Source: Mytilus trossulus (Eukaryota). Taken from it: 64,000 nucleotides of DNA. How positions within the stretch are numbered: position 1 is the stretch's first letter; the number at the start of each line of letters is the position of its first letter. The position numbers and the translations under genes were made by a program. Below are positions 1 through 13,200 of this stretch, in pieces. Under the pieces are notes generated by a model, which did not search any database, had not been told where the DNA came from, and saw only the letters and a list, made by a program, of their open reading frames with translations. Location of the stretch: the NCBI RefSeq assembly GCF_036588685.1, contig NC_086373.1, positions 42,346,001 to 42,410,000 on the forward strand. Reading direction: 5' to 3'.

Positions 1-440
1 TGACAAATCAAAGCACATATATTGAATACTAGCATCATTAAGTCATGCTAAATTACTGAAATCGTCACAATTTTAGCATTTTAGTTAAATTTTAGACGGT
101 TTCCGTCTTAATTGAAAGTGGCCCCATTCGTGTTCATTCATAATATTGAAATTTAAGTTGTATTTGATAATAATACATAACATATATAAAGGGTGAGGAT
201 GAACACCGATGGGTCCACTTTCATTTTTGACAAAAAAACATCTGAAAAGTTACTTTTTTGGGGCATATTTGATAGATTTTTCATATGTAAGCTTTAATTG
301 GAGCGTTTTTAATGACTTAATCAGTTAAAACTTTCACATACACTAATTGAATCAATTGAAATAGACACTTAAGTGTTTAAAAAGTTCCCAAAATTTTTCA
401 TTAGATGAACCTGAAATTTGAGGCCAAAATCAGCCCTTAC
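1..440. mobile_element. Terminal part of a non-autonomous DNA-transposon-like dispersed repeat
   Basis: Non-coding; ends in GAAATTTGAGGCCAAAATCAGCCCTTACC, which resembles from memory the end of a common bivalve dispersed repeat. The other end is outside the window. Confidence 0.3.
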
Positions 441-593
441 CCCCTGCTGACTGCCATTTGCAATTGCCAAATAAAAATTGATCACAAGATGTAACAAAAT
501 GATTCTTAATATAAATTTAATACTAAACAGAAAAAATAAACTTGTGGCCACTATGTTATGCTGCAAACATACGGTGTCCATATTTTTTTAGTA

Positions 594-635
594 CACCAGA
601 TCCGGATTTCGACAATAAATGTCTCTCCAGTGATG
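594..635 (-). ncRNA. Minimal type I hammerhead ribozyme motif (Penelope-like/retrozyme-associated), core mutated
   Basis: Minus strand reads CATCA-CTGGAGA-GAC-ATTTATT-GTC-GAAA-TCCGGA-TC-TGGTG. Stem I is CATCA/TGGTG, the core is CUGgAGA (consensus CUGANGA), stem II is GAC/GTC, followed by GAAA, a palindromic stem III TCCGGA and an AUC cleavage triplet. Confidence 0.6.
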
Positions 636-2922
636 TTAGGGATCAAAACGGTATTTGGATTTGGAAGGCCATATAACAAGTACCCTCATTTTTTGAAAAA
701 GTACCCTCATTTTTAGATAAACTCTTGAATTTTACGAGTCAATATAGGATGAACGGATCATATAAACCGGAGGGAAAATATGATACAAGCCCAAACAAAA
801 AAATATAAACAAGTCTAAATTGAAAACTACGTTCGAATCTATATATGTTACAGCTTATTACTTGTAAACTTGTGCTATTTGCTTATTGTTGTTGAAATAT
901 TTTTGTTATGTTCAAGCAATGTATATTATATTTGTTGGATTTATTTATTGTTATTGTCAAAGAGATGTTTTGTACTGCATTCTAGATCTTTTATTGTGTA
1001 TTAAACATGGCTTAAATGCAATTTATTTAAAATAAGAACATGGTTTGCAAGAAATCAAAATCAGAACATGACTTGAATTTAATCAAATTAAACATGGCTG
1101 AAATTTAATCAAAATAAACACATTACTTAAATATTTACTGGAAATTTTTCATATACTGCCACATAAACATTTCAGGGCAGCAAATCCTACAACCTTGCAG
1201 TTGTTTCAAGTTGATGTGTTCAAACTTTTTTAACTAACAGATAGATTGTATTTCTGATATATATAGTCAATGATATTTTCGTAGATCCATTCATACTTTA
1301 CTATCATATAGCATTGTTCATGAGAAGGACATAATTGTTTGTATGTAAGATTATGCCATTTGTTGTGTCTTTATTTTGATCATCCTAAATATGCAGCGGC
1401 AAGTAAAATTACCTGGTGACAATTTGGCAGCTATCAATCAAATAATCATTTTTTTGAGTCCAGTTATAAATATTGTTTTATCTGCATAAGATATAAATGT
1501 GGAAGATATTGTTTCATTATTTTTACAGTGGAAAAAGAACTAATATAATGTATATGCAATACTATAAATAAACCTTGTGCAATCGTTAAAAAAAATATGC
1601 TGCAATGCAATTAGATATTAAATCTGGTATTGAACATAAAACAGGTATTTTTATAGATTTTTATGCAATGCTTTGAGAGCAAAGACAAATTTACAATGAA
1701 GCAGTATATTTTATCAGTTATCTGTTGATATTAAATTTTAATTAAAACTGTATATAATAATGGATCAGGTAAAGCAGTTTATAGAATTAACTCTTATAAA
1801 GTGCTAACAGTTAAATTTGTGACATACTGCTGTACAAAATCACAAATCCCCCCTTTCTGTTATTGTATTTCAACCTTTAACCTCAATTTCTATCTCTTTT
1901 CTATCTAGTCTGTTTCTTTATTGTCTTTCCAATCTTTTATATAGTGTAACATTGGTAGTTGATTTAAATAATCTTTCTGGAAATAAAAATTCAGAGTTAT
2001 AGATTTTGAATTTATAGAAATTTTTATTTGTATATATAAATTTATACAGTTCCATATATAATCAATGGAATCAGCATGTTCATATTTTAGATAAAAATAT
2101 ATTTACCAAATGTCTTTTACTTCATATTTATTTTGTACTAAAGCTTTTTTAATCTTAAAGATTACATGTATCTTTAACAATGAAATTTTATTGTGCATTT
2201 ATTTTTTGTGATATTAAACACATGTAGTATGTATTATATTTAATTATCTTTACTTGTTTCTGAGAAACAAGTTATAATTGTTGTTTTATTTACTTTGTAT
2301 TTTATTATATGCTTTTGGCTGTCAATAGCTTTTATTTGTACAATAGTAAGGGCTCATCTTCAATATAATTTGTATGTTTTTTTTAAACTCTTCTTATTGG
2401 CCATTTGTGCTATTGCCAACACTTTTTTGCCACTTTTAAACAAGCAAAATTTTACTAAAAATGAAATATCCATCATTCCATTAATTGTTTTTAAAAACTC
2501 TTTCTGAAATAAAGGCCAGAAATCGTCTTTTTTAAGTGAATCCAAACCTTCCCATACTTTTATTTTTGGAAGAGCCAAAAGTTATACACTATTATCAAAC
2601 TTGCATGAGATAATAGTTGAACAGTACCTGTTATAATACATTTGTCTGCTGTTTATTAGTAATCAACTTTATTTTCTCATGAATATTTGATGATGATAAG
2701 ACCCTTTCACAGTAATTGTTATCTTATATTCTTCATATGATCTGTGCAGATTTTGCTACAGATATTGTAAAGAGTAAAATCATTAAAAATAATATATGAA
2801 CTTTTGTTTCTCTTTTAGTCAATGACCAAATATCAAACTCATTGTGATCTGTGTACATTTTGCATGGTGAAATAATTTATCAATGAATTATCATGAAATT
2901 TAAAGAGACCTAAACATGCTAA

Positions 2923-3345
2923 TATAAAAAAGAAGATGTGGTATGATTGCCAATGAGACAACTCTCCACAAAAGACCAAATGACACTGAAATTAACAACC
3001 ATAGGTGACCATACAGCCTTCAACAATGAGCAAAGCCCATACTGCATATAGTCAGCTATAAAAGGCCCCGATAAGACAATCTAAAACAATTCAAGCGAGA
3101 AAACTAACGGACTTATTTATGTAAAAAAATGAACAAAAAACAAATATGTAACACATAAACAAACGACAACCACTGAATTACAGACTCATGACGTGGGACA
3201 GGCACATATGTAAAGAATGTGGAAGTGTTAAACATGTTATTGGGATCCCAATCCCCCCTATCCTGAGACAATGTCGAAAAGAACAACATAAGAATTAATT
3301 ATACAAATCAGTTGAAAAAAACTTCACTCATCAGATGGATAAAAA
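2923..3345 (-). mobile_element. SINE-like dispersed repeat (AAGAAGATGTGGTATGATTGCCAATGAGACAACT family)
   Basis: The same block recurs in full or in part at ~19540-19650, ~21385-21450, ~27300-27420, ~35841-36254 and ~36660-36790. Confidence 0.6.
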
Positions 3346-3889
3346 ATACAAATACTACAAATATAAGTTTTGTTGAATCTAAGCTGTCTTAGAACAATAC
3401 GATAATCAAACAAACAAGTTCTGTAAGGGATCGACATTTTCATATTCGAGGGGAATGGTAAAGGCACAGTTAGATTTTGAAAATGAATATCCTGGATTGG
3501 TAAGAGCTGATCAAAACTGACATAAGACCATATGAAAATGAATATTATACAAACAAAAATGAAGGAAACATTTTGTGTAAAAAAAAATAAAAGAAATGTT
3601 CACATGGTGAAACCACAGAGAAATGAGCATCCAGATCAATAGATGAAAATAAAATGTCAATTGGCAAAAATCCTCCACTCCCCACGAATATCAATGGTGT
3701 TCCATTTAGATACACATGAATAGAAGGTGAGATTGCATTAGGTGTAAAAAAAAATTTTTAAAGACAAACATGTTTCCCCATGCAGCCTGCTTTTAAAAAC
3801 CACTGTTCTAACAAAATTGCTCCATCGAAGTAAAATATCCCCCACCACAGTGTACAAAAAGAAAAACAATATTTGTATTTCATGTGTCT

Positions 3890-4645
3890 GGAACCCTTTT
3901 CTTGGTACCCTTAATCAGGATCGTTCAGAGCCGAATATTTGAAAGCTAAAGATATATTTGAATTGAACTGAAAAGGACAAAATCTATCTAGGGTCAACTT
4001 TGCTTGAAAGAGATGAAACCTTAGTTTCTTTATTAATTCAAAATTTATTAACGGAATATATATTATAGAAAAGGTTGTTAAAAATCCTGTCGGTGCAAAG
4101 ATACTCATCACTAATATTGATACCCTCTGCCCACATATAGAGGTTTGACCCATGCAGTGCTGTTAAAAATTAAAACAACATGTTATAATTTCATGCATTA
4201 GAAGCACATTTCTTGATTCACCTTCATCAGGAAACGTAAAAGTTAAACATTTGAAATGCAAGGATATATAAGAACCAAAACAGTTGAAGGGCTATAGGAA
4301 ATAAAGAACCTAAAATTAGACTAATCCTATGAGGTCAACTTTACCAGATGGAGTTGAAACCCTATTTTCCCTATAATTTCAAATTTCATCAAAAGAATTT
4401 TCTAGAAAGTCTGTTCTTGTCAACAAGCGAGACTGGATTCCCAAATACTGACTACCAGTACTACGCTTATAACACCTTTTAGGGAGTAGAGGTATTGACC
4501 CACTGTTTTAAAAATTAGAAGAACATGTTAAATATTTCTTGTGTTCGAGGTTGTCATGTGGAGTTACCTTCATCAGTTCAATGAGCTGATGATACAAGCA
4601 GGGGCTTATAGTCCCACATTCAGAGGTATTATCCCAGTGCTATAA
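3890..4645 (-). repeat. Degenerate tandem ~310-350 bp repeats with hammerhead-like cores (non-LTR retrozyme-like array)
   Basis: CTGATGA-type cores lie on the minus strand at 3912-3918 (mutated), 4224-4230 (with GAAA at 4209-4212) and 4570-4576, spaced 312 and 346 bp. Units share GGTCAACTTT..GAAACC and AGAGGT..GACCCA..AACATGTTA blocks. Confidence 0.5.
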
Positions 4646-4649
4646 AAAA

Positions 4650-6016
4650 AACTAGATGCTCTCAAGAGCCTGTATTGCTCACCTGATTCTACTTGGGTTT
4701 TTGAAATCATGTGAAAAAATATAAAATTTGGCTAAAATAACAACACAACCTCATAAGGAAAGGAACATTCAGGCTATGTTTTATTTCATTCAAAAGTCCC
4801 CCACTAGCAGCCATCTTGGATGATGGATAGGCTACAAACTAACAACACTAGGTCAGCACCTCATAAAAAAACATTCATGCCATGTTTGGTTTCATTCCAT
4901 TCAGTGGTTCGTCAAAAGAAGACATTTGTATATATTTCCAATAGGGTCCTATGTTAAACTAAGTCCCTGGCTGGCAGCCATCTTGGATGATGGATCGGCT
5001 ACAAAGTAAAAACACTTGATCAGCACCTCATAAGGAACATTCATGTCATGTTTGGCTTCATTCCATTCAGTCGTTCTTCAAAAGAAGACATTTGTATATA
5101 TTTCCCATAGGGTCCTATGTTAAACTAAGTCCCCTGCTGGCGGCCATCTTGGATGATGGATTGGCTACAAACTTACAACACTTTGTCAGCACCTCATAAG
5201 GAACATTCATGCCATGTTTGGTTTCATTCCATTCAGTGGTTCTCTAAAAGAAGTCATTTGTATGCATTTCCCATAGGGTCCTATGTTAAACTAAGTCCCC
5301 CGCTGGCGGCCATCTTGGATGATGGATTGGCTACAAAGTAACAACACTTGGTCAGCACCTCATAAGGAACATTCATGCCATGTTTGGTTTCATTCCATTC
5401 AGTGGTTCTCTTAAAGAATTCATTTGTATGCATATTCCATAGGGTCCTATGTTAAACTAAGTCCCCTGCTGGCGGCCATCTTGGATGATGGATCGGCTAC
5501 AAAGTAACAGCACTTGGTCAGCACCTCATAAGGAACATTCATGCCATGTTTGGCTTCATTCCATTCAGTGGTTCTTCAAAAGAAGACATTTGTATATATT
5601 TCCCATAGGGTCCTATGTTAAACTAAGTCCCCTGCTGACGGCCATCTTGGATGATGGATTGGCTACAAAGTAACAACACTTGGACAGCACCTCATAAGGA
5701 ACATTCATGCCATGTTTGGTTTCATTCCATTCAGTGGTTCTCTAAAAGAATTCATTTGGATGCATTTCCCATAGGGTCCTATGTTAAAATAAGTCCCCTG
5801 CTGGCGGCCATCTTGGATGATGGATCGGCTACAAAGTAACAACACTTGGTCAGCACCTCTTAAGGAACATCCATGCCATGTTTGGTTTCATTCCATTTAG
5901 TGGTTCTCTAGAAGAAGTTCAAAATGTAAAAAGTTAACGATGAGGACGACGGGAGACGACGACGGATGCCAAGTGGTGAGAAAAGCTCACTTGGCCCTTT
6001 GGGCCAGGTGAGCTAA
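4650..6016 (-). mobile_element. Helentron-associated non-autonomous element (HINE/DINE-like) carrying a satellite array
   Basis: Subterminal inverted repeats GCTCACCT/AGGTGAGC, terminal hairpin GCTCTCAAGAGC, GGCCC-TTT-GGGCC palindrome and (GAC)n microsatellite; inserted in an A/T tract. Confidence 0.75.
4735..5915. repeat. Tandem satellite array, ~7 x 166 bp
   Basis: GCCATCTTGG anchor at 4810, 4977, 5143, 5309, 5475, 5641 and 5807 (period 166-167). The repeated ORFs in the track are artefacts of this array. Confidence 0.95.
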
Positions 6017-6171
6017 AAAATGAAATCAACATGTTAGAAATTTCAGGCTTTTGAAGTGTTTCTGATACCTTAAGATCTTTTGTTTGTATATCTGCCTGTT
6101 CCAATGGCTCATGTACTAGAATGTGACTTGTATTTATATTTTACATGAAAGTGTTTAAGCTGTCCCATTTT

Positions 6172-6609
6172 TTAGTTCACCTGGTCATAAGGGGCCAAGT
6201 GAGCTTTTCTTCTCACTTGGTGTTCGTCGTCCATTACCTTTTACAAAATCCTTTCCTCCTAAACTACTAAGCCAAATTTAACAAAACTTGTACAGCAAAG
6301 TAAGATCTACAAATAAGTCAAAATGGTCAATCTACCCTTTAGGAATTATTGCCCTTCATAATCAATTTTTTACAATTTTCTAAAATTTTGTAATTTTTTG
6401 TAAATTTTTACAAAATATTTTCCTCTGAACCTACTGGGCCAAGTCCATTATAAACAGAGATAATTGTAAGCAGCAAGAAATGTTCAGTGAAGTAAGATCT
6501 ACAAATACATCATCATCACCAAAACACAATTGTGTCATGAATCCATGCGTGTCCTTTAATATGCCCAAAGACCAAGGTGAGCCACACATGCTCTTTGGAG
6601 CCTCTAGTT
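6172..6609 (+). mobile_element. HINE-like non-autonomous Helentron, short copy
   Basis: Starts TTTAGTTCACCTGG..GGCCAAGTGAGCTTTTC and ends AGGTGAGC..GCTCTTTGGAGCCTCTAGTT; opposite orientation to the 4650-6016 copy. Confidence 0.7.
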
Positions 6610-9600
6610 CTTATGTAGTCCTATGTCATCCAATTAATGTTTAGATACAAGATGCTTAAGAGCATGTCCACCCTTGAAGGCTGTATGGTGGCACACATAT
6701 GTCATTTTTTGGTACCAGTAGACTCTATTCTTTGGTTCTATCTCATTGCTTTACTTTGTACCCATTTTTACTTTTATTGAGGTGTGTCTTTTAGTTTATA
6801 ACTTTCATATAAATGTATTTCTTACAACTATCTAGTCTGTTTACTTAAAACTGTAATAAATTAAATCTTAAGAATTTTTTTTTACACAAATTTCTTTGTC
6901 AAGACGCTTCATTTCAAATTGATCAATTTGAAGGTATCTTAACTTATCATTTTTAATACAATGGAAGTTGCTGTGATTTCTGACATCACCAAGAAAAATG
7001 GTCCCTCCAAAAAATTAATCATATTTTTTGTCTTTCAGAACAAATACAGCTCAGATTTTTGTTCATTGGCTAAAAAAGCAACAAAATGTTTTATATATTT
7101 TAATGGTTTTACTTCTTATGCATATACAAGTAATGCAAATGATAAATGTAATGTACTTAAAAAATATTCATAATATCTGTGAAAACAATAAAAAAATGCA
7201 GTATCGCAACTTTTGTGATGGGGAATTTTACAGGAGGTATTGCAATGAAAGGATGAGTAGCAGTACATTTTACATTGAAAAAACTTGCAACTGTAAAAGT
7301 ACATGCATATGGCTTTTCTGAATATTTGTTAATGAAGTTAATGCAGTTAAATGTAATTTTTCTGTATCAAACTGGCAACCCAGAAAATAACATTATTTCT
7401 CTGATCACCAATTTTGACAACTTCTAGCTTAGGACTGTTCTAGAAATTATTGCATGTAGAGGAAAAATTAAAAATGATGGGTGGTGTCCCCACCGTGGTG
7501 GAAATTTTTCCTTAAAAAAAAAAAAATTCCTCCACTCACATAAATTGAACTGACATAAAACTAAAATCACAGCTACAGTATGAATAAAATATAATACATT
7601 AATAAGAAAACTAGCAAGACACATTAATTAATAAATGCATTCTGAAGTAAAGTCAAACAAGTTAATTGCATACATGTACATTCAATATAAAAAACAAAGT
7701 AATCGATACTTTAAATATTATACATTTTTTTTTTAAATTCAAACATAAACGACAAGAAAGAAGTTGAAGTTGGACACTACACATAATAAATAAATAATTC
7801 TATAAATAGATTTTTACATAAAATACTTGAGTGCAGATAAAACTGCATAAATTCATTTATCTAAAAATGTTCTCAGTTAAAATATTTCTAAAATTATATT
7901 TTTAGAAATTTTATATGAATAAAATAGTATTCATATATCATAAAACATTTAGAAAGACATGACAGATAAAAGATAAAATAGAAAAGAAATAGAAATTAAG
8001 GCTGAAGGTAGAAACTATTATGAAAGTGGGAAGATTTGAAACCCAATAGAATTTTGACATAAAGTATTTTATGAGGGTTAGTTTTATACATCAAGTATAT
8101 TAGTAGTATTAAGGCCACCTTTGATATGCTAACAATTGGTTTTATTTATTGTGTGTAAGCATTGCATAACTATTTGCAGTTTTTTTTGTGGAGCAACTCC
8201 CAAAATAATTCTTTACAGCTGTAACTGTTGAAGTCATATTGACAGGCAAAAAAATAATGAAAGATGGTTTCTAAATCTCTAGCAGCATATAACATGGATG
8301 TTTCATAGAAATATAAAAAATGATGGAAAATAATACAATGCATATTTGTTCTTATTTACAAATAATACATGGATATAAAAGTATACAATTTATTGGTAAA
8401 TAGTCTTTCATATTTCAGAAAAACAAACAAATCGGCTGCTTATTTAAATTTGAACACATCAACTGGTAATGAGACATAAGTTGTGTAAATGTCTGATTGT
8501 ACGGTTGTAATGCAGGATATTGTGAGTTGAGAAGTTAATGCATACATTTATTTTTTCAAGTTTTATGAATCAACAAAAATGTGTGTTTAGTTATTGCTAT
8601 TTTGGAAAAGCTACATACAGATATATGTATTTGATATCTGAATGTGATTTCTTATTATTGTGATACTCCATTCGTTGCAATATTCACATCAATAAAAATG
8701 TAGCAATAGTTTCTGAACTTACAGTACCTCAAATGTGGCAGTGAGTTTGACTATATTTTAAGCTTACTTCATGATTTCGTTTTCAAATTATTCTAACCAA
8801 ATGTTTTATGAAAACTCCCTCTTCAAACAAAATCTATGTGTATACACCTTTATGTGAATTTTACATTTTTAATATTGTGGTTGAACTTTTACTCAGTTTT
8901 TGAATTTAAAACTAAACTTTTTCACTGGGATCATCATAAAAATAAAATTATCTATAAAATAATACAAACCAAAACAGCACATCAATAGAAGGAAGAGACA
9001 TACAAAACATATTTTAAACAATGTTGATAAACTTAATATAACAAACTAACTAGCAGTATACATTGCTAGAACAAAACATACCATTACAACAACATAAAGC
9101 AATATAGCACTACTAAAATATAACACGTATAAGCTGTTATATATTGATACAAAAATAACAAGGTCTTAAAATGCAATTTCTGTATAAAGCCTCATCAATG
9201 TGAAATAATATTTTAAATTCTTGTATACAACAATTCATAAACATTTTTAGTACTTCAAAATGAATCCAGCTGTTTTATAACACAACATATGATAATAGGT
9301 ATAATATGGTTGCACAGCAAGTCTGTCCTTTACATGGCAAAAAAATATTTTTGAGTTATCTCCCATTAAAGCAATAAATTTTGTGAATATTCAAATACTA
9401 TTGATACATGTATACCAGGATTGACTGGTATAAGCAAAAGCTTAAAGATTTCTGTAATGAAAATAATAACTCTTCAATAAATACTGGAATCTTAAGTTTT
9501 GTCCATTCAGGAAGATCAACACTTTATATCTTATCATGCAATCATGAACTGGCCTAAAGAACAAACTGAAATCTTTTTAAGTAATTGAATTTTGAATATA

Positions 9601-10260
9601 TTACTAAACAAATCTTAATATCTTTTGTTGGATTCAGCCTTATGTTAAATAATCAGTATTAAGAATAGTATGTGCATAAAGCTGCATATATACAAAGCAA
9701 AGACATATGTACATGCAGGAAAATTTGAAAATAGCTGCCCTATATGATATGAAAGAGTGCGAAATATATATATGTACATGTATATTCCATTCTCAATTTT
9801 ATGTAATGCAATATTGCTTTTCAATACAAACGAATGAAACAAAATATTAATTGCATAATGTTATTTAGTTTTTGCATAATGTAGCACTTATTTTGACAAA
9901 ACATATACATGTATCAACTATATATGTCACACATCTTTAAATGCAAAAGTCAGAATATAACAGTAATTTATTGTATGTATTAAAATGCAGGATTCTGTAT
10001 TTGTCAAAATGCGTATAAAATCAATAAAATACAAAGTCTACTGTGCCTTTATAATTTCTAACAAGTGAACGAAATAAACAAAACTGGTATGAATGAAGAA
10101 CACAAGTTTCCTGAGTCTACATGACACCTAGTCTGTAAATTCTATTTAAATGGCCATTTCATTCAATAACAAAAATACATATATAAATTTGTACAAAGTG
10201 AAAATTTACACTATCATTAATAAATTAGCTGCACCGAGAGTTTGCTGAATACAACAACTT

Positions 10261-13200
10261 CTACTGATTCTGTGATTTGGCTTGTATTTTCATCATCAGC
10301 TTACTGAAAATAGAAATCATTCATTACTGTACATTTTGCAAAAAGGACAAACTGATATCATTATTATATTTATCTCTGTCCCTACATCTTTATCACCCTG
10401 CTCAGTTGCTCCATAATTCTCATCATCACGGCTTAATGATGAGAGCAGATATTATCAGCAACATCAAAATGTCGGAGAAGTTATCAGGGACATCCCAATG
10501 TGTAAGGAGATGTTATCAAGCATGCTTTCGTCAAGCATAAAACTGTTTTAAGGAGGGGAAATATGGATAAATGGATTTTGTTCATGTAGATATTGTCAAA
10601 TATCAGCCGCTCCACACAATGTAAAGCTTTTTAGCTCGTTCTCTGTGCACAGTTGACATTGTGGATGGTGGCTGATATTGTATGATGTCAATGTGTAGAA
10701 AACCTGTTAATCTTTAGTGATACATCTCCATTATTCACTGATGTTTGAATATTTATAATCACTTTTTTGTGATTTTTTTTTCCTTTGTTAAATGTTTATT
10801 AAGATCAATGATAAAGTATAGTAACGAATGGTAAAGAAAGGGTAAGACACTTTTATTGTAAATGTATGCATGCAAGTCCATTTAATTTTGTCAAACAGTG
10901 AACACAAGCATGTCTTTTGGTTCAATTTGAAAATGAAATTTTAGTTGTCTATGAAGTTGCACATTTAAGAATAGTTATAAAATATTAAAAAGAAAATGAA
11001 AGACAGAAAATTTAACACTCTCTTAAATCAATATGAATGTTCAAAAATGTATGTGTAGTCATGAGAAAACAAAACAAAATGCAAAATATGACTTTCCAAT
11101 TTTTATGAATGGAAAAACCCTATATGACTAGGGGAGATAACTCTACATCCAAAATAACTTACAAGTATCAGTAAATAATATTTACTTTAAATAACAAGTA
11201 TCACTCTTGACTATTTTCATGTATGACTTTGATTTTTGTTCTATATTGTGGGTAGATTTTGAAATATAACTACACTTTATAAGTATATGTTAACATTGTA
11301 TCTATAAATAATGTTGTACTAAATAATGCATATGAAGGCATATTATTTACTCACTTGCACAACATTTTAACATCCTTTAACTGATCATACAGATCCTGGT
11401 TAATTCTGTCTTGTTCTACCATCTGTCTTCTTAGATCTTCATCGTCCTTCTTATACTTCATTAAACTTTCTTTCTGTTCCTCAATCACCTGACTCTGTTC
11501 AGCTATAATTTGTTCTTTGGTCTGACCAACATTAACTTCCATATCAATTTTACTGTTTAGATTGTCTATTGTTTTACTATTTTCATTTATTGTTTTACAT
11601 TTGTCATGATTTTGCTCAATGAGATCATTAATTGTGGCACTCTGTTCATTAATTGTAGCACTCTGTTCATTAATTGTAGCACTCTGATCATTAATTGTAG
11701 CACTCTGATCATTAATTGTAGCACTCTGTTCATTAATTGTAGCACTCTGTTCATTAATTGTTATCACATGTTCTTCATTTTTCACATTTAGTTCTTCATT
11801 TTTCACATTTATTTCATTAATTGTAGCACTCTGTTCATTAATTGTATCACTTTGTTCATTAATTGTAGCACTCTGTGCCCTCACTTCATCTTTCTTTTCC
11901 TTAATCATCATCTTCTGCCTTTTAATAACTGATCCATACTCTCCTTTAGTATCCTCTAAATCCCTCAACTGACTACACTGATCACATATCTGTCTATCTT
12001 TCTGTGTTATTGTCCTCCTTAACTGGTACACATGTCTACCCTGTACTTCAGTTATATCCCTTATTCGATTATTATCTTCTGACTTTTGCTCTACTTCATT
12101 TTCTAGTTGGTGAATATTATCTCTCAAGAAATTATTATCTTGTTCTAAATCATGAACACGCCTCAACTGACCGTTGTAAATATGATTGACCAGTTCCAGT
12201 TGAGAATGTAATAATTGCTGCTCATCTCTTTCATGATAAATTTCATCATCTTTCTTCTCTATAGTTCTCATCATTTCAGCTGTAAAATAATTCAAGAGTA
12301 TATTTTTTTATGGATAAAAAATGTTACCAAATTTGAAAATGGGGGATAACTCTATCTTTTGTAAGAAACAAAAGTCTATTCATCAAAGTGAAGAAATTTG
12401 GAAAACTATGCAAATTCAACATAAATGTTCAATCTGATAAATGAGGTTTTATTCATTATCTTTTAAAAAATTATGGTCTTTGTGTGGAATTTAATGAAAA
12501 ACAAATACGCCATTGATTTAATATATACAGAACCTGTAACCACCAATTGAACAAACCCATATTAATCAGAAGTATTGACATCTACATGTAAAAATTAATA
12601 TGAATAATAACTAGTACAAATATGTTATGTTTGACTTATAAGGTATGATGAGATACATTTGTTATAAATTTTCTAACATCGGAAAAATGCCTTAAGCTTT
12701 CCAATTTCAATATCAATACAAATAGAAAGATTTATAAAACTCTGTATATAACAATGAAATCAATGCATTTGAAAAGAAAAATCTATTACAGCATAGTAAA
12801 ATAGTTTGAACCTTCAACCAATTATATAAATCACCATATTTAAGGAGCACAAAAAATAAAGTTTCCATGTTCATTTCAGAAATATTTATTAATATGAAAT
12901 GTTTGATTTCACTGATCTATCAGAGTTTGGTTGAACAATCCAAACATTTACTATACCTAATGACTGAGTCCTTCTTTTAGTTTTATTACCTCTCCAGTTG
13001 TTGATGAAAATTCTATACTGTAAACAGGTAGGGATTTCTCCTGAAAACAGAACAAATATGCAAAACTGAAAATTTAATGAGTTGAAGTTTGTTAAGAAAT
13101 GTAGTCATCCTAATTTTTCACCTCTATACTCATTTTGGGGAGTTTTGTCAAGTCTTTTTTTGTTATATAAAAGTCTCTCATAACTCTTTTGAGAGTGGCT

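Noticed and set aside
4735-5915. Regular repeats as a CRISPR array, or the three 62-aa ORFs as genes
   Set aside because: The units are contiguous 166-bp near-identical monomers with no unique spacers, and the ORFs are by-products of the satellite.
369-10540. Short 60-100 aa ORFs in AT-rich host DNA
   Set aside because: Low-complexity composition, no motifs, and frames not conserved between the duplicated copies.
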